NCBI GenBank assembly: GCA_963805515.1
Contig: CAWDUZ010000004.1
Location: 118,105 to 182,104, forward strand
Length of the DNA: 64,000 bases
Reading direction: 5' to 3'
From: an uncultured Chloroflexia bacterium
GTDB lineage: Bacteria; Chloroflexota; Anaerolineae; Anaerolineales; Villigracilaceae
Part shown: positions 20,235 to 30,966 of the stretch, piece by piece
How positions within the stretch are numbered: the stretch's first letter is position 1
How the letters are laid out: the number at the start of each line of letters is the position of its first letter
Position numbers and translations under genes: made by a program
Notes under the pieces: model-generated
The model's input: only the letters and a program-made list of their open reading frames with translations
Told to the model about the DNA's origin: nothing
The model's database searches: none

Positions 20235-20449
20235 TTGTAGATTTTAGATTGATGATTGGAAGAGCAAGAGCCAAACACAAAGGGAGATTCACCAGAGATG
20301 AACATGGATGAACCAGGATATAGGGATAAGAGATATTTTCTATGTCTGGTTGAGCCGAAGAGCAAGAATTAAACACCAAGGGCACCAAGGACTTAAAGGG
20401 AAGAACATTTTAGATTGACGGATTGGGTGTGGCTGAAGGCTGATGGCTG

Positions 20450-21221
20450 ATGGCGGAGTGTGAGATGAACATTGACTTGAACTGTGATATGGGCGAGAGC
20501 TTTGGGCGATATGCATTGGGGGATGACGAGGCGCTGATGCCGTTCATCAGCTCGGCAAACATTGCGTGCGGGCTGCATGCGGGGGATCCGATGGTGATGC
20601 GGAGGACGGTGTGGCTGGCGAACGCATACGGGGTGGCGGTGGGGGCACACCCGGGCTGGCCGGACATGCAGGGATTTGGGCGGCGGGAGATGATGTTGAC
20701 GCCGGAGGAGGCGGAGGCGTATGTGCTGTATCAGATCGGGGCGCTGGCGGCGTTCGGGCGGGCGGAGGGGGAACATGCGGAGCGGGTGGAACTGCGGCAC
20801 GTGAAGGCGCACGGGGCGCTGTATAACCAGGCGGCGAAGGATAGGCCGTTGGCGGAGGCGATCGCGCGGGCTGTGAAGCTGTTCGACAAGGACCTGATCC
20901 TGGTGGGACTGGCGGGGTCGGAGATGATCGCGGCGGGGATGGGAACTGGGGCTGCGAGTGGCGAACGAGGCGTTCCCGGACCGGCGGTATAACGCGGACG
21001 GCACATTGATGTCGCGGAAGCTGCCGGGGGCGCTGATCGAATCTCCGGAGGAGGTGGCGATGCATGCGGTGTCGCTGGCGAAGGATGGGATCGACTTTGC
21101 GGGGGAACGTATACAGGTGGATACGTTATGCCTGCACGGGGATAGTCCGCAGGCGGCGGAGAATGCGAGGCTGGTGAGGGAGGCGCTGGGGAAGGAGGGA
21201 ATAACGGTGAGGGGATTGTAA
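20450..21221 (+). CDS. pxpA: 5-oxoprolinase subunit A (PxpA; LamB/YcsF family). There is a frameshift near 20945
   Basis: [15 protein letters not shown]...[12 protein letters not shown]...GAHPGWPD...VKAHGALYN, then in the shifted frame ...[16 protein letters not shown]...LCLHGDSP. Confidence 0.75.
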
Positions 21222-21894
21222 ATTGTAGATTGTAGATTTTAGATTTGATTGTTGATTGCAGCCGACGGTTGAGGGCCGGTACCTGGATGAGGAGAAGAGC
21301 TTTAACCACGACCACCTAACGGGTGCAGGCGGCCACAAAGCGGCACCAAGGAAGAACAAGGAAAGATCGAAACAGGGAAGCAGCGATACAAGTTGTTAAG
21401 GTTCGGGTGGGAGCTCCCGCTGGTAGTGGGACCTCCGCTCCGCTACGACTTCGCTCGGAAGGTCAGCCAAGAGCAAATGCGGATATCCGGCGGGCTTTCG
21501 GGGCATTGGCAAAGATAAGAAAACGCCTCTTAAAAAGAGGTTCGAATAGGATTGGCTTGCCGTAAATTACGGGTAAACGGGTCGCGAAAACGGGGAGGTT
21601 CGAATAGAGGGTCAAATGGGACGTCCGGTTGGCAGTTGACAGTTGGCTCCGGCATTCGCTTTGCCCGGCGGGGTACCCAGTAAACAGTTTCCAGTATGCA
21701 GTGAGCAGTATATAGTGGGCGTTTGGCGGTGATAAGGAGAAGGCGCGGGAGCGGGTGACGACTGAAGGGGGATGAACGGAATGCGAACCGCGAATGCAAG
21801 CCGGGCTGGCGAGGCTCCAATGGATCCAGATACCGAGGAGGGAGATGACATGCCATGCAATCATTATGCGGAACATATGTTCGAGTGTCAAGAT

Positions 21895-21990
21895 AAGGCG
21901 AACGTGCGCCCTTGTACGTCCTTGTGTGCCCTTGTGTTAGTACTACAATGTTTTGTAGCAGGGCCGCTTTGTGGCACGTAGATCACGCTT
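21895..21990 (+). repeat. Partial copy B of the dispersed repeat's end module (3x CGYCCTTGTR 10-mers + TAGTACTA palindrome + TACAAT)
   Basis: aacgtgcgcccttgtacgtccttgtgtgcccttgtgttagtactacaatgttttgtagcagggccgctttgtggc aligns to 54955-55028 and to the revcomp of 14521-14590. Confidence 0.5.
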
Positions 21991-22148
21991 AATAAGGGGA
22001 AGAGAGACAGGAAACAAGAAAGAGGAATAGGGGTGGGCGGCGGGGATTGATTTTTCATCGGAGGGTCAGCATAATGGATAAGTGGCGGCGATCTTCGCAC
22101 CTGCGGCAACCATTGGCGCAAATCCTGCAATTCGATCGGAAACCTTGA

Positions 22149-22700
22149 ATGACACTAGAGCGGACGCTGGAAAGTATCGAGGCCAATATCAATGCGGGCG
22201 ATCTCGGAAAGGCGAGAGACCGACTGCATGGGCTGCTTTCCAGCTACCCGGATAACCTGGAACTGCGAAAACGACTGGGCGCGGTCTACTGGCGGCTTCA
22301 GATGCCGGAGATGGCCGGACGATATTGGTATTTGGAAGAAGCGAAGGACTTAGACATGACTGCCGCCTGCAGGCGCTTCGAAGTGCAATTCGGGAATGAT
22401 CCGGCTTACCTGCTGTTCGCGCTCAAGTTCAGGGGCGAAGTTGAAGCTATCAAGGATACGTTCGCGGGCCAACTGCTGTTGGATCTCGATAAACGGGCAC
22501 GGCGGAAGCACTCCTGGTATGAGGACTACCGAAAGCGCGGCGCCGGAAAGTATCGCCAGTATAAGTATGAGGCCGGGAAGCACAAGACCCGGGATCTGAT
22601 CATCAAGTGGGGCTGCATCACCGCCGCAGTCCTAATGGTTTTGGTCTTCCTTGCCGGGTTGATCGAGGGTATAGGGAGTCTGATTGGGAGGATAAGGTAA
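22149..22700 (+). CDS. Hypothetical protein with C-terminal TM anchor (183 aa), paralog of 23972-24519
   Basis: MTLERTLESIEANINAGDLGKARDRLHGLLSSYPDNLELRKRLGAVYWRL... with C-terminal TM GCITAAVLMVLVFLAGLIEGIG; no known domain. Confidence 0.5.
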   Translation: MTLERTLESIEANINAGDLGKARDRLHGLLSSYPDNLELRKRLGAVYWRLQMPEMAGRYWYLEEAKDLDMTAACRRFEVQFGNDPAYLLFALKFRGEVEAIKDTFAGQLLLDLDKRARRKHSWYEDYRKRGAGKYRQYKYEAGKHKTRDLIIKWGCITAAVLMVLVFLAGLIEGIGSLIGRIR

Positions 22701-22815
22701 TGGGCAGTCCGCGCGCGCTGAGGGCTGGGAATCCGGCAAAGGATGAAGCAGTTCAAGGCGGGAAGTTTTAGGATAGAGCCTGCTTGGAGTTCGAATCTCT
22801 AATCCCCAGCCTACA

Positions 22816-22849
22816 GAATACCGCCTTGTGCGGTATTCTTGTTTGTTTT
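22816..22849 (+). terminator. Rho-independent terminator (gaataccgc-cttgt-gcggtattc + TTGTTTGTTTT)
   Basis: Perfect 9-bp stem, 5-nt loop and a T-rich tract, downstream of ORF 22149-22700. Confidence 0.6.
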
Positions 22850-22898
22850 GCGCATCAATGGAGGTACGGAAGCCAGGGACCTATTCCACGGTTGCGAT

Positions 22899-23159
22899 TC
22901 AGATCCTCTTTCGCTTGAAATAGACAGCATGGGAACCCTGGCCTGTGATACCCGTTGCGACCATTTCCCATCCTTCATTGCCAAGTTTTGCAATTCTTAT
23001 AGCGACTTCATTCCTCTGCGAGCTCTCTTCAACCGCGGGCAGGCTCTCGACCTTCTCGCCCTCGGCTGTGAAGAAGATCAGCCTTGCCCGGCGCATGATT
23101 CCGCCGCCGAGCAAATCCTCAAATCTGCAATATTCCCATTTTTCCTGGCCTGTTGTCAT
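22899..23159 (-). CDS. DUF4177 domain small protein (86 aa)
   Basis: KWEYCRFEDLL...LGNEGWEMVATG...SHAVYFKRKRI fits the DUF4177 pattern (WEYK...GWELV...fKR). Confidence 0.55.
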   Translation of the reverse strand: MTTGQEKWEYCRFEDLLGGGIMRRARLIFFTAEGEKVESLPAVEESSQRNEVAIRIAKLGNEGWEMVATGITGQGSHAVYFKRKRI

Positions 23160-23179
23160 TTCACACTCCTCTTATCTCG

Positions 23180-23425
23180 TCACATTATACAGTGGCGGAA
23201 ATCCTTTAGCGCAACTCGTTCTCTATTTAGGAATATATCTTCTATTGGCTCGTCATCGGGCTGATTGCTGGCTGTTGGCGCTTCCTCCTCATTCCCTGAA
23301 CAACCGGGAAGAAAATCGGGCGAAGAAGGCAATAGCGTGCCGAGAATCTTCTGATTCCTCATGGTGATATACTCCATTCTGAGCCCTATCGAGTGGGAAG
23401 ATTTGCCTGCGTAGCTCCCTATCAA
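23180..23425 (-). CDS. Hypothetical protein (81 aa) in the AT-rich spacer between module copies
   Basis: ORF ends 20 nt upstream of the DUF4177 start; weak support. Confidence 0.2.
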   Translation of the reverse strand: MIGSYAGKSSHSIGLRMEYITMRNQKILGTLLPSSPDFLPGCSGNEEEAPTASNQPDDEPIEDIFLNRERVALKDFRHCIM

Positions 23426-23971
23426 TGGCTGGAGAGAGCGCCGATGTCAGAAGTGGACAACCACAAGCGCCCAATTCTATACCCACGATATGTCCGAGAC
23501 ACCCTCGGGGTCATCTTATGGGCATCCATACTTGTTAAGGCCCTCGCTCTTCGACCTCGACCAGTACTTTGTCCAATTCGCTAGCTCCAAATATCGCTTG
23601 GATTCTGAACTTTCGCATCTTTGCCCTGCTCGCTGGTGATCGCGGTCTTGTGGGTTGTATTGGGAAATCGGCGTTTTCTACCGAACTTCCTATATGTCGT
23701 TGGATACCCGCTGGTCGTGCTTTTTCTTTAAAATTGCCACTGTTTATTGCGACGTCGATGGGTGATGTTCCTGATTTTACTTCCATCGATTTTTGATACT
23801 CTCGTCAGCTTTAACAACTTTTGTCCTTTATGCGACAATTATTGTATCTGCCGCCGTGGTGTTTTTCTCCAGACAGCCAATTATGTTGGTTGCGGGCATG
23901 GTGGGCTTTGGTTGCCGTTAATCTTCAGCGTGTCTGCCTTTGGCTCAATGCAATTCGATCGGAAACCTTGA

Positions 23972-24519
23972 ATGACACTAGAGCGGACGCTGGAAAGTAT
24001 CGAGGCCAATATCAATGCGGGCGATCTCGGAAAGGCGAGAGACCGACTGCATGGGCTGCTTTCCAGCTACCCGGATACCCTGGACTCGCGAAAACGACTG
24101 GGCGCGGTGTACTGGCGGCTCCAGATGCCGGAGATGGCCGGTCGATATTGGTATTTGGAAGAAGTGAAGGACCTAGACATGACTGCCGCCTGCAGGCGCT
24201 TTGAAGCGAAATTCGGCGATGATCCGGCTTACCTGCTGTTGCTCAAGTTCAGGGCGAAGTTGAAGCTATCAAGGATACGTTCGCGGGCCAACTGCTGTTG
24301 GATCTCGATGAACGGGCACGGCGGAAGCACTCCTGGTATGGGGACTACCGAAAGCGCGGCGCCGGAAAGTATCGCCAGTATAAGTATGAGGCCGAGAAGC
24401 ACAAGACCCGGGATCGGATCATCAAGTGGGGCTGCATCACCGCTGCGGTCCTAACAGTTTTGGTGTTCCTTGCCGGGTTGATCGAGGGTATAGGGAGCCT
24501 GATCGGGAGGATCAGATAA
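23972..24519 (+). CDS. Paralog of 22149-22700 (frameshifted near 24250 in this assembly)
   Basis: N-terminal 90 aa nearly identical to copy 1. The C-terminal ...RKHSWYGDYRKRGAGKYRQYKYEAEKHKTRD...TM continues in ORF 24298-24519. Confidence 0.45.
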
Positions 24520-24633
24520 TGGGCAGTCCGCGCGCGCTGGGGCTGGGAATCCGGCAAACGATGAAGCAGTTCAAGGCGGGAAGTTTTAGGATAGAGCCTG
24601 CTTGGAGTTCGAATCTCTAATCCCCAGCCTATA

Positions 24634-24667
24634 GAATACCGCCTTGTGCGGTATTCTTGTTTGTTTT
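24634..24667 (+). terminator. Rho-independent terminator (copy of 22816-22849)
   Basis: Identical hairpin and T-tract. Confidence 0.6.
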
Positions 24668-24716
24668 GCGCATCAATGGAGGTACGAAAGCCAGGGATCT
24701 ATTCCACGGTTGCGAT

Positions 24717-24974
24717 TCAGATCCTCTTTCGCTTGAAATAGACAGCATGAGAGCCCTGGCCAGTGATACCCGTTGCGACCATTTCCCAGCCTTCATTGCC
24801 AAGTTTTGCAATCCTTATGGCGACTTCATTCCTCTGCGAGCTCTCTTCCACCGCGGGCAGGCTCTCGACCTTCTCGCCCTCGGCTGTGAAGAAGATCAGC
24901 TTTGCCGCAATGAATCCGCCGCCGAGCAAATCCTCAAATCTGCAATACTCCCATTTTTCCTGGCCTGTTGTCAT
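24717..24974 (-). CDS. DUF4177 domain small protein, paralog of 22899-23159
   Basis: MTTGQEKWEYCRFEDLLGGG...VYFKRKRI; an alternative upstream start exists at 25016. Confidence 0.55.
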   Translation of the reverse strand: MTTGQEKWEYCRFEDLLGGGFIAAKLIFFTAEGEKVESLPAVEESSQRNEVAIRIAKLGNEGWEMVATGITGQGSHAVYFKRKRI

Positions 24975-25114
24975 TTTATGTTTCTCTCCTATCTTCACAT
25001 GATCCGGTTTCGGCAATGAGGATAGCCCCTGCGTGATACTGGGCGTTGGAATGACCGGATATCTTTGTAACTACTAACGCTGCGGCACAAGTTGGTGATG
25101 GCTTATTTCAACCG

Positions 25115-25435
25115 TCAGCGGCTGGCGTTGCCCATGCGGCGCACCAGCTCAGCCATGTAGTCGGTTGATTTTTCCAGCTCACCGGCGATACTGGCCATGA
25201 GCCAGACGACCTGCCCAATGGCTGCCAGCAAGAGTCCCTGGAAGCCGACCGCGACGCCGGCAATGATCCCTGCATAAGGCAACAAGGCGGACAGGTTAGG
25301 AACCAAGCTGAACGGGGAAGGGGCCGGCGCTTGCGGCTTGAGGAAGCCATTAACGGTCATGCTGACGCCCAGCATGATAACTATGACACCCACGATCATG
25401 AAGACAATAGCCGTGATGCGAGCGAAGCTTTTCAT
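25115..25435 (-). CDS. Hypothetical small membrane protein (106 aa, 3 predicted TM)
   Basis: Hydrophobic segments ITAIVFMIVGVIVIML and GIIAGVAVGFQGLLLAAIGQVVWL. Confidence 0.4.
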   Translation of the reverse strand: MKSFARITAIVFMIVGVIVIMLGVSMTVNGFLKPQAPAPSPFSLVPNLSALLPYAGIIAGVAVGFQGLLLAAIGQVVWLMASIAGELEKSTDYMAELVRRMGNASR

Positions 25436-25663
25436 AGTGTCCCTCCATTTGAATTTAGAGTCATTTGCCCTCGACCACTGACCTTAGCATGGATTGTCTC
25501 AGGCTCGGGCGGCGAAGAGTTCTCCGGATGCGGGTATGAATTCCCCTGGTAGGACGATTATAGCATTTGGGGTATGAGGGAAACCTGACAGGAAACGCAC
25601 AAAAATGAAAAGAAGAAGGCCTGCACGGTTCGGCGCCTGATTGTCGTCATGCCAACGAGGAGG

Positions 25664-26459
25664 TCAGCCGACGATCTCTAGCATTGGCGTGAGCAGGCCG
25701 TGCCGGGTCACGTCAATTACGTGAGAGGCCGCGGCCTTTATGGTCTCGGAGGCGCTGGCGGGTGCAAAAGAAGCTGCCGCAATGCGGAACAACGGCAGGT
25801 CGTTTGCCCAATCTCCGGCTGCATAAATGGGCTGATCCGCTTTGCCGATCTTCTGGAGGAGCTTCCGTACACCGCTGCCTTTGTTTACTTCGTAATTCGT
25901 GATCTCAAGAATCGTGGGCATGCTCAAGGCGCTCTCGATGGGCCAGGATGCGACAGCCCGGGCAATGTCATCAAGCGCAGCGGGGCTAGTGGACATGCAC
26001 ATGACCTTGCTGAATGGAGTGGCGGCGGAGGCATCCGACAGAGGACGTAAGGCAAAGTCAAAACTGGCCGACAGGGCCAGCCCAAACGGGTTCGGCCACA
26101 ACACGAAGATGTCGGTTGAGCTGAGGAACAGGAAGGTGACCTGCGTGAAGCCTTTCGCCAACGCGATCAGCCGTTCCTGGACGGAGCGCTTCCAGGCGGT
26201 CATAGGCCAATAGCACCTCCTGCTGTTCAAGGAGCAGGGCGCCGTTCTGAAGGACCATATTGAAAGGGATCGGGCGATCCAGATACAGGCCGCTGCGGGC
26301 GAAGGCGCATCGGACGGAGGCCGTGGGGCGACCGGTGGAGGGTATGAACATGGCGGGAGGATCGGCGGATGCCAGGAGAGCTACATCATTGGGGTGGATA
26401 ATCCCCTGCGCGTCAAGCAACGTGCCGTCCAGGTCAAAACAGATGATCGGCAAATGCAT
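25664..26459 (-). CDS. HAD-superfamily hydrolase, subfamily IIB (Cof-like phosphatase). There is a frameshift near 26100
   Basis: N-terminus MHLPIICFDLDGTLLD (motif I). C-terminal piece ...PIYAAGDWANDLPLF (motif IV GDxxND) is in ORF 25664-26230. Confidence 0.7.
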
Positions 26460-26772
26460 TCGGAATTCCTTGGCGACAGTGACAAATGACAGATGGCCCA
26501 GAGGGCCAGGCGCCTGTACAATGTGAATTGAGCGAACCGGGCTGCTCAGGCACGACCAGGCAGATTTGAGAACATTATAAAGGTATGCAGCCCACTGGCA
26601 ATGAAGTGAGGGCCGAGGCGCGATGATGGAAAACGGGCACGGCTAAAGCCGTCACTACAGATGATAATATGAAGGCGGGAGCGCAATGAGTAAAGAGATG
26701 CACGGCTGACCCCAGAGGGGTGCTCACGCGAAGCCGTCACTACAGATGCTAGTATGAAGGCGGGGATGGCGC

Positions 26773-28758
26773 ATGGGACCTATGACTACAAAGCAACGAA
26801 CTACCGTAATTTTTGTACTGCTCATGAGTGTGGTCTTGTCGGGGTGCGGGCCACGGCAATTGGCCGGGCCGACAAGCGGACCCACGCCGGTACCCGGCGG
26901 CGTTGCCGAGCGGGGCGAGCGAGGCGATCTACAAGGACAGCAGTCAAACGGTCGAGGCGAGGGTCGAGGACCTGCTTTCACGCATGACGCTGGACGAGAA
27001 GATCGGGCAGATGACGCAGGCGGAGAACAACAGCATCAAGCCGGAAGATGTGAGCAAGTATTACATTGGCTCGGTGCTGACGGGCGGGGACGGGGTTTCG
27101 CAGGACAACACGCTCGCCGACTGGACCCAGGTCGTCAAAGGCTATCAAGATGCGGCACTGCAAACCCGGCTGGCAATCCCGTTGATCTATGGGGTGGACT
27201 CGGTGCACGGTTTTGCACACGTGAACGGGGCCACGGTCTATCCGCATAATATAGGGCTGGGCGCGACGCGGGACGCGGAACTGGTGCGGAAGATCGGGCA
27301 GGCAACGGCGGAGGAGATGCTGGCAGCCGGTATCCCGTGGAACTTTGCGCCCACAGTGGCTGTGCCGCAGGATATCCGCTGGGGGCGGACGTATGAAGGC
27401 TTTAGCGAAGATACGGGGCTGGTGGCGGAACTTGCTGCGGCGTATGTTGAGGGCTTTCAGAGCATTCCAGATGGCATGAAGGTTCCGCCAGGACAGACAC
27501 TGTTTGCCGGGGCGACCGCCAAGCATTTCCTGGGGGACGGCGGCACTACGTTTGGGACATCCACGCAAAACATTATTAAGCCCTATCTGCTGGATCAAGG
27601 AGACATGCAGTACGACGAGGCAACGGTTCGAGCCTTATTCCTGCCTCCCTACCAGGAGGCCGTTCGGGATGGCGCGATGAGCGTGATGATCTCGTTCAGC
27701 AGCTGGAACGGCACGAAGATGCATGCCAATAAGCATATGATCACGGACGTGCTGAAAGGCGAAATGGGGTTCGCGGGGTTTGTCGTTTCGGACTGGGGCG
27801 GGATCGACCAGATCAATGCGAATTACGACGAAGCCGTCGTAACTGCCATCAACGCCGGGGTGGACATGAACATGGTGCCATATGACTACGTCCGGTTCAT
27901 CAACGTGATGAAGCAGGCGGTAGCAACGGGCGCCATTTCTCAAGAGCGCATCGACGATGCGGTGCGCCGGATCCTGCGGGCCAAGTTCGAGCTGGGGCTG
28001 TTCGAGAATCCATATGGGAATCCGGCACTCGCGGATACTGTAGGCTCGGAGGCGCACCGCCAACTGGCGCGGCAGGCGGTACGTGAGTCGCTGGTGTTAC
28101 TGAAGAACGACAGGGATGCGCTGCCCATCGCGAAGGACACGCCGACGATCTTCGTCTCGGGGCGCGGCGCCGATAGCGTGGGAATGCAATGCGGCGGCTG
28201 GTCGCTGACCTGGCAAGGGAGCGACACGGCGAACATCATGAACGGCACAAGCATACTGAGCGCAATACAAGGCAACTGTCTCGCCGAGCACGAAGGTGGT
28301 GTACGATAAGGCCGGGCAATTTGAAGGCAATGCGGATATTGGGATCGTGGTCGTTGGGGAATCGCCGTACGCGGAAGGGGTGGGTGACCAGGCAGACCTG
28401 AGCCTTCCGAGGGAGGATATCGAGGCGATCACGAACATGCGCGGGCACGCGAACAAACTGGTCGTTATACTTGATCTCGGGGCGACCGATGGTCATCACA
28501 AGCCAGTTCCAGAGTGCAGAGGCGTGGGTGGCGGCGTGGCTGCCGGGAACGGAAGGAGAAGGGGTGACCGACGTGCTGTTCGGCGATGCTCCGTTCAAGG
28601 GGAAGCTGCCATACTCCTGGCCGCGGTCGAACGCGCAACTGCCGATCAATGAGAATAACGCGGCGGGGAAGACGGGCTGCGAGGCGCCGCTGTTCCCGTT
28701 GGGCTATGGGCTGGGGGAGGGCGGTCAGGAGGCGATGCAATGGATGGAGTGCCCGTGA
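26773..28758 (+). CDS. Glycoside hydrolase family 3 (BglX-like beta-glucosidase/exo-glycosidase) lipoprotein; 3 or more apparent frameshifts
   Basis: Lipoprotein signal MTTKQRTTVIFVLLMSVVLSGC in the frame of 26773. The GH3 N-domain lies in ORF 26828-28309 (LLSRMTLDEKIGQMTQ, GVDSVHGFAHV, KHFLGDG, FVVSDWGGID). The C-domain pieces lie in 28296-28758 (IGIVVVGESPYAEG, WLPGTEGEGVTDVLFGDAPFKGKLPYSWPR). Confidence 0.75.
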
Positions 28759-28891
28759 GAGGGCGCAGAGGAACGCCCCCTCCCGGGCCGCTGGGCGGTG
28801 AGGCTCCCATGAATTTGAATACAGACTCTAGCGAGTCAAACGAACGGGCCTTCAGGCAAGATGCAATTCATATTTAAGGAACGGAACTAAG

Positions 28892-29990
28892 ATGAGAAAG
28901 ATGCAAGATGTATTGAGAGATGCCACACGGCCGATACGAGCAGTTGGCAAGGCAGCGATCTTCTTCCTGAAAGTATTTCCAATGCTGCCAAGCCGACCGG
29001 TGGATTGGGTGACGAAGCCGCCGGTGGTGGAGAAGGTGCGGTATCCGACGTGCTTTGGCGAGGCGGAGGGCGATATCTACCGGCCGGCGGAAGAGGGCGC
29101 GCACCCGGGGATCGTGGTGTGCCTGGGGGTGGTGCCGTTCGGCGTGGATCATCCGCAGGTGCCGGTGCTGGGGAAGGCGCTGGCGCGGGCGGGGTTCGCG
29201 GCGCTGCTTTACTGGTCGCCGGCGATGCGGGACTTGCGACTGGACCCGGAGGATGTGGATAATATCGCGCTGGCGTATCACTGGCTGGTGGAGCAACCAT
29301 ATGTTGACGCGGCGAGAAGCGGTCTGCTGGGAACGTGCGTGGGAGGGTCGTTCGCGCTGATGGCGGCTAGCCCGCCCGCTGATCCGGGACTCGGTCGCGT
29401 TCGTCAGCGCATATGCTCCGTTCTCGTCGATGTGGACATTCGCGCGGGACATTGCAAGCGGAACACGCTGCTGGGGGAATGAGCGTACCGCGTGGAAAGT
29501 GGATCAGCTGACTCGCAAGGTGTTCGTCCACTCCGTGACGGCGTGGCTGGATGAGGGTGAGGCGGAACGGCTGCGAAGCGCGTTCGCAACGGAGGGCGGG
29601 CACTTCGATGGCGGCGAACTCTCAGCAGATGGACAGGCGGTGTATTCGCTGCTGACCGCGCCGGATCCAGAGCAGGCGGAGGCGGCACTGCATCGACTGC
29701 CGGCCGGCATGCAGGAAAACCTGAGCGCCATGTCTCCGGTGAATTTTGTAAAGGATATCCATGCTCCGCTAATGGTGTTCTTGCACGACCGCGGGGACCA
29801 GGTGATACCAGTCGACGAGTCGAGGCGACTGCAGCCGACGCTAGCCGGACGGGCGGGGGTGCATTACACCGAGATGCAATTCCAGCACCTGGACCCGACG
29901 AAGGGAAAGCTGCCACTGCCGCGTCTCATCAGGGAACTGAGCAAGTTCTTTCTGGCGGTGTACCCGATGTTCCGGCAGGCGGTGAAGTAG
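28892..29990 (+). CDS. Alpha/beta hydrolase (dienelactone hydrolase/S9-like). There is a frameshift near 29420
   Basis: GLLGTCVGGSFALMAA (nucleophile elbow). C-terminal part ...IHAPLMVFLHDRGDQVIPVDESRRL (His-containing motif) in ORF 29430-29990. Confidence 0.6.
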
Positions 29991-29999
29991 CGAGGAAAA

Positions 30000-30384
30000 A
30001 TGAACAAGATGCTGATCGGCGCGCATTCCATCATCTATAGCAAGAAGCCGGAGGCCGACCGCGCCTTCCTGCGCGATGTGCTGGGGCTCTCGCATGTGGA
30101 TGTTGGCGACGGGTGGCTTATCTTTGGACTGCCGAGGGGAGAGCTGGCGGTGCATCCGTCCGGGAAGAACAACGTGCAGGAGTTGTATTTCATGTGCAAG
30201 GATATCGGTGCGTTCGTGTCGGCGATGGAGGAGAAAGGTATTCGGTGCGGCGCCGTTCAAAACGTTGAGATGGGGAAAGCTTACGCAGGTAAAGCTGCCG
30301 GGAGGCGGGAAATTGGGCGTCTATGAGCCGCTGCATGCACGGCCAAAGGCCAGCGCGGTGCGCAAGCCGGCGAGGGCAAGATAG
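30000..30384 (+). CDS. VOC-family (glyoxalase/bleomycin-resistance-like) protein. There is a frameshift near 30265
   Basis: MNKMLIGAHSIIYSKKPEADRAFLRDVLGL...; C-terminal ...WGKLTQVKLPGGGKLGVYEPLHARP in ORF 30076-30384. Confidence 0.55.
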
Positions 30385-30615
30385 CCTGAACTGCAGCATT
30401 CAGAACTGGCTTTTGAATCCAAGTAGATCTGCGACCCACTTCCCACTTTTTCCAATTCGATCTTATACCGAACTGGAACAAGATCTGGAGTGATGTGAAC
30501 GCCGGCCCTCCCAAGCATTTCGAGGGATCAATTCGTCTAAAAAATGCCTGTTGCAACGATACTCAATTCGTGTAGAATGAAATCAGTGCTTACTCAATCA
30601 GAAAGGAGCGCCGCA

Positions 30616-30822
30616 ATGTCAGTTGCCCGTGTTACCGAAATCAAGTCGTCTTCCACGAAGAGTTTCGATGATGCCCTGAGACAGGGTGTCGCTCGCGCCA
30701 GTAAGACCTTGAAGAATGTCAAATCTGCGTGGGTCGAGAATCAAGAGGTTGTCATCGACGACAACGGTGGAATCTCCGAGTATCGAGTCCAATTGCGGAT
30801 CACATTTGTTCTCGAGGACTAA
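30616..30822 (+). CDS. Dodecin-family flavin-binding protein
   Basis: MSVARVTEIKSSSTKSFDDALRQGVARASKTLKNVKSAWV...EYRVQLRITF; AAAGGAG SD upstream of the ATG at 30616. Confidence 0.7.
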   Translation: MSVARVTEIKSSSTKSFDDALRQGVARASKTLKNVKSAWVENQEVVIDDNGGISEYRVQLRITFVLED

Positions 30823-30966
30823 GCAGCGTATTAATCCACCGTTATCCAGAACGTGGTCATTGAGTTATGGAAGGGGTTTCCCATCCCGGAACTTCGATAT
30901 GGGCCAGGGATGATTAAGGCATTCAGAGAGCGTCATCCATATTAAGCCAAGGAGGAGAAAGTGAAA

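Larger units (their letters stand above)
22120..23160. repeat. Copy 1 of a roughly 1.04-kb duplicated two-gene module (TM protein gene, terminator, DUF4177 gene)
   Basis: Near-identical to 23948-24975. The shared sequence starts at tgcaattcgatcggaaacc and ends at the DUF4177 start codon. Confidence 0.7.
23948..24975. repeat. Copy 2 of the duplicated two-gene module
   Basis: See copy 1; the two copies are separated by a spacer of about 790 bp at roughly 42% GC. Confidence 0.7.

Noticed and set aside
20393-21359. Pro/Ala-rich minus-strand ORFs (20393-21004, 20547-21065, 20731-21315, 21126-21359) and similar ones antisense to the GH3, recombinase and helicase genes
   Set aside because: Typical spurious ORFs from high-GC DNA, lying opposite well-supported pxpA and other genes. 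They have low-complexity composition and no homology.
22720-22811. tRNA-like sequence (T-arm ggagTTCGAATctc, acceptor-like ggctggg/cccagcc) present in both copies of the duplicated module
   Set aside because: Cannot be folded into a canonical cloverleaf: no convincing D-arm or anticodon arm, the T-stem and acceptor 3' strand are separated by 3 extra nt, and there is no CCA. Reported only as a possible att-scar within finding 8.
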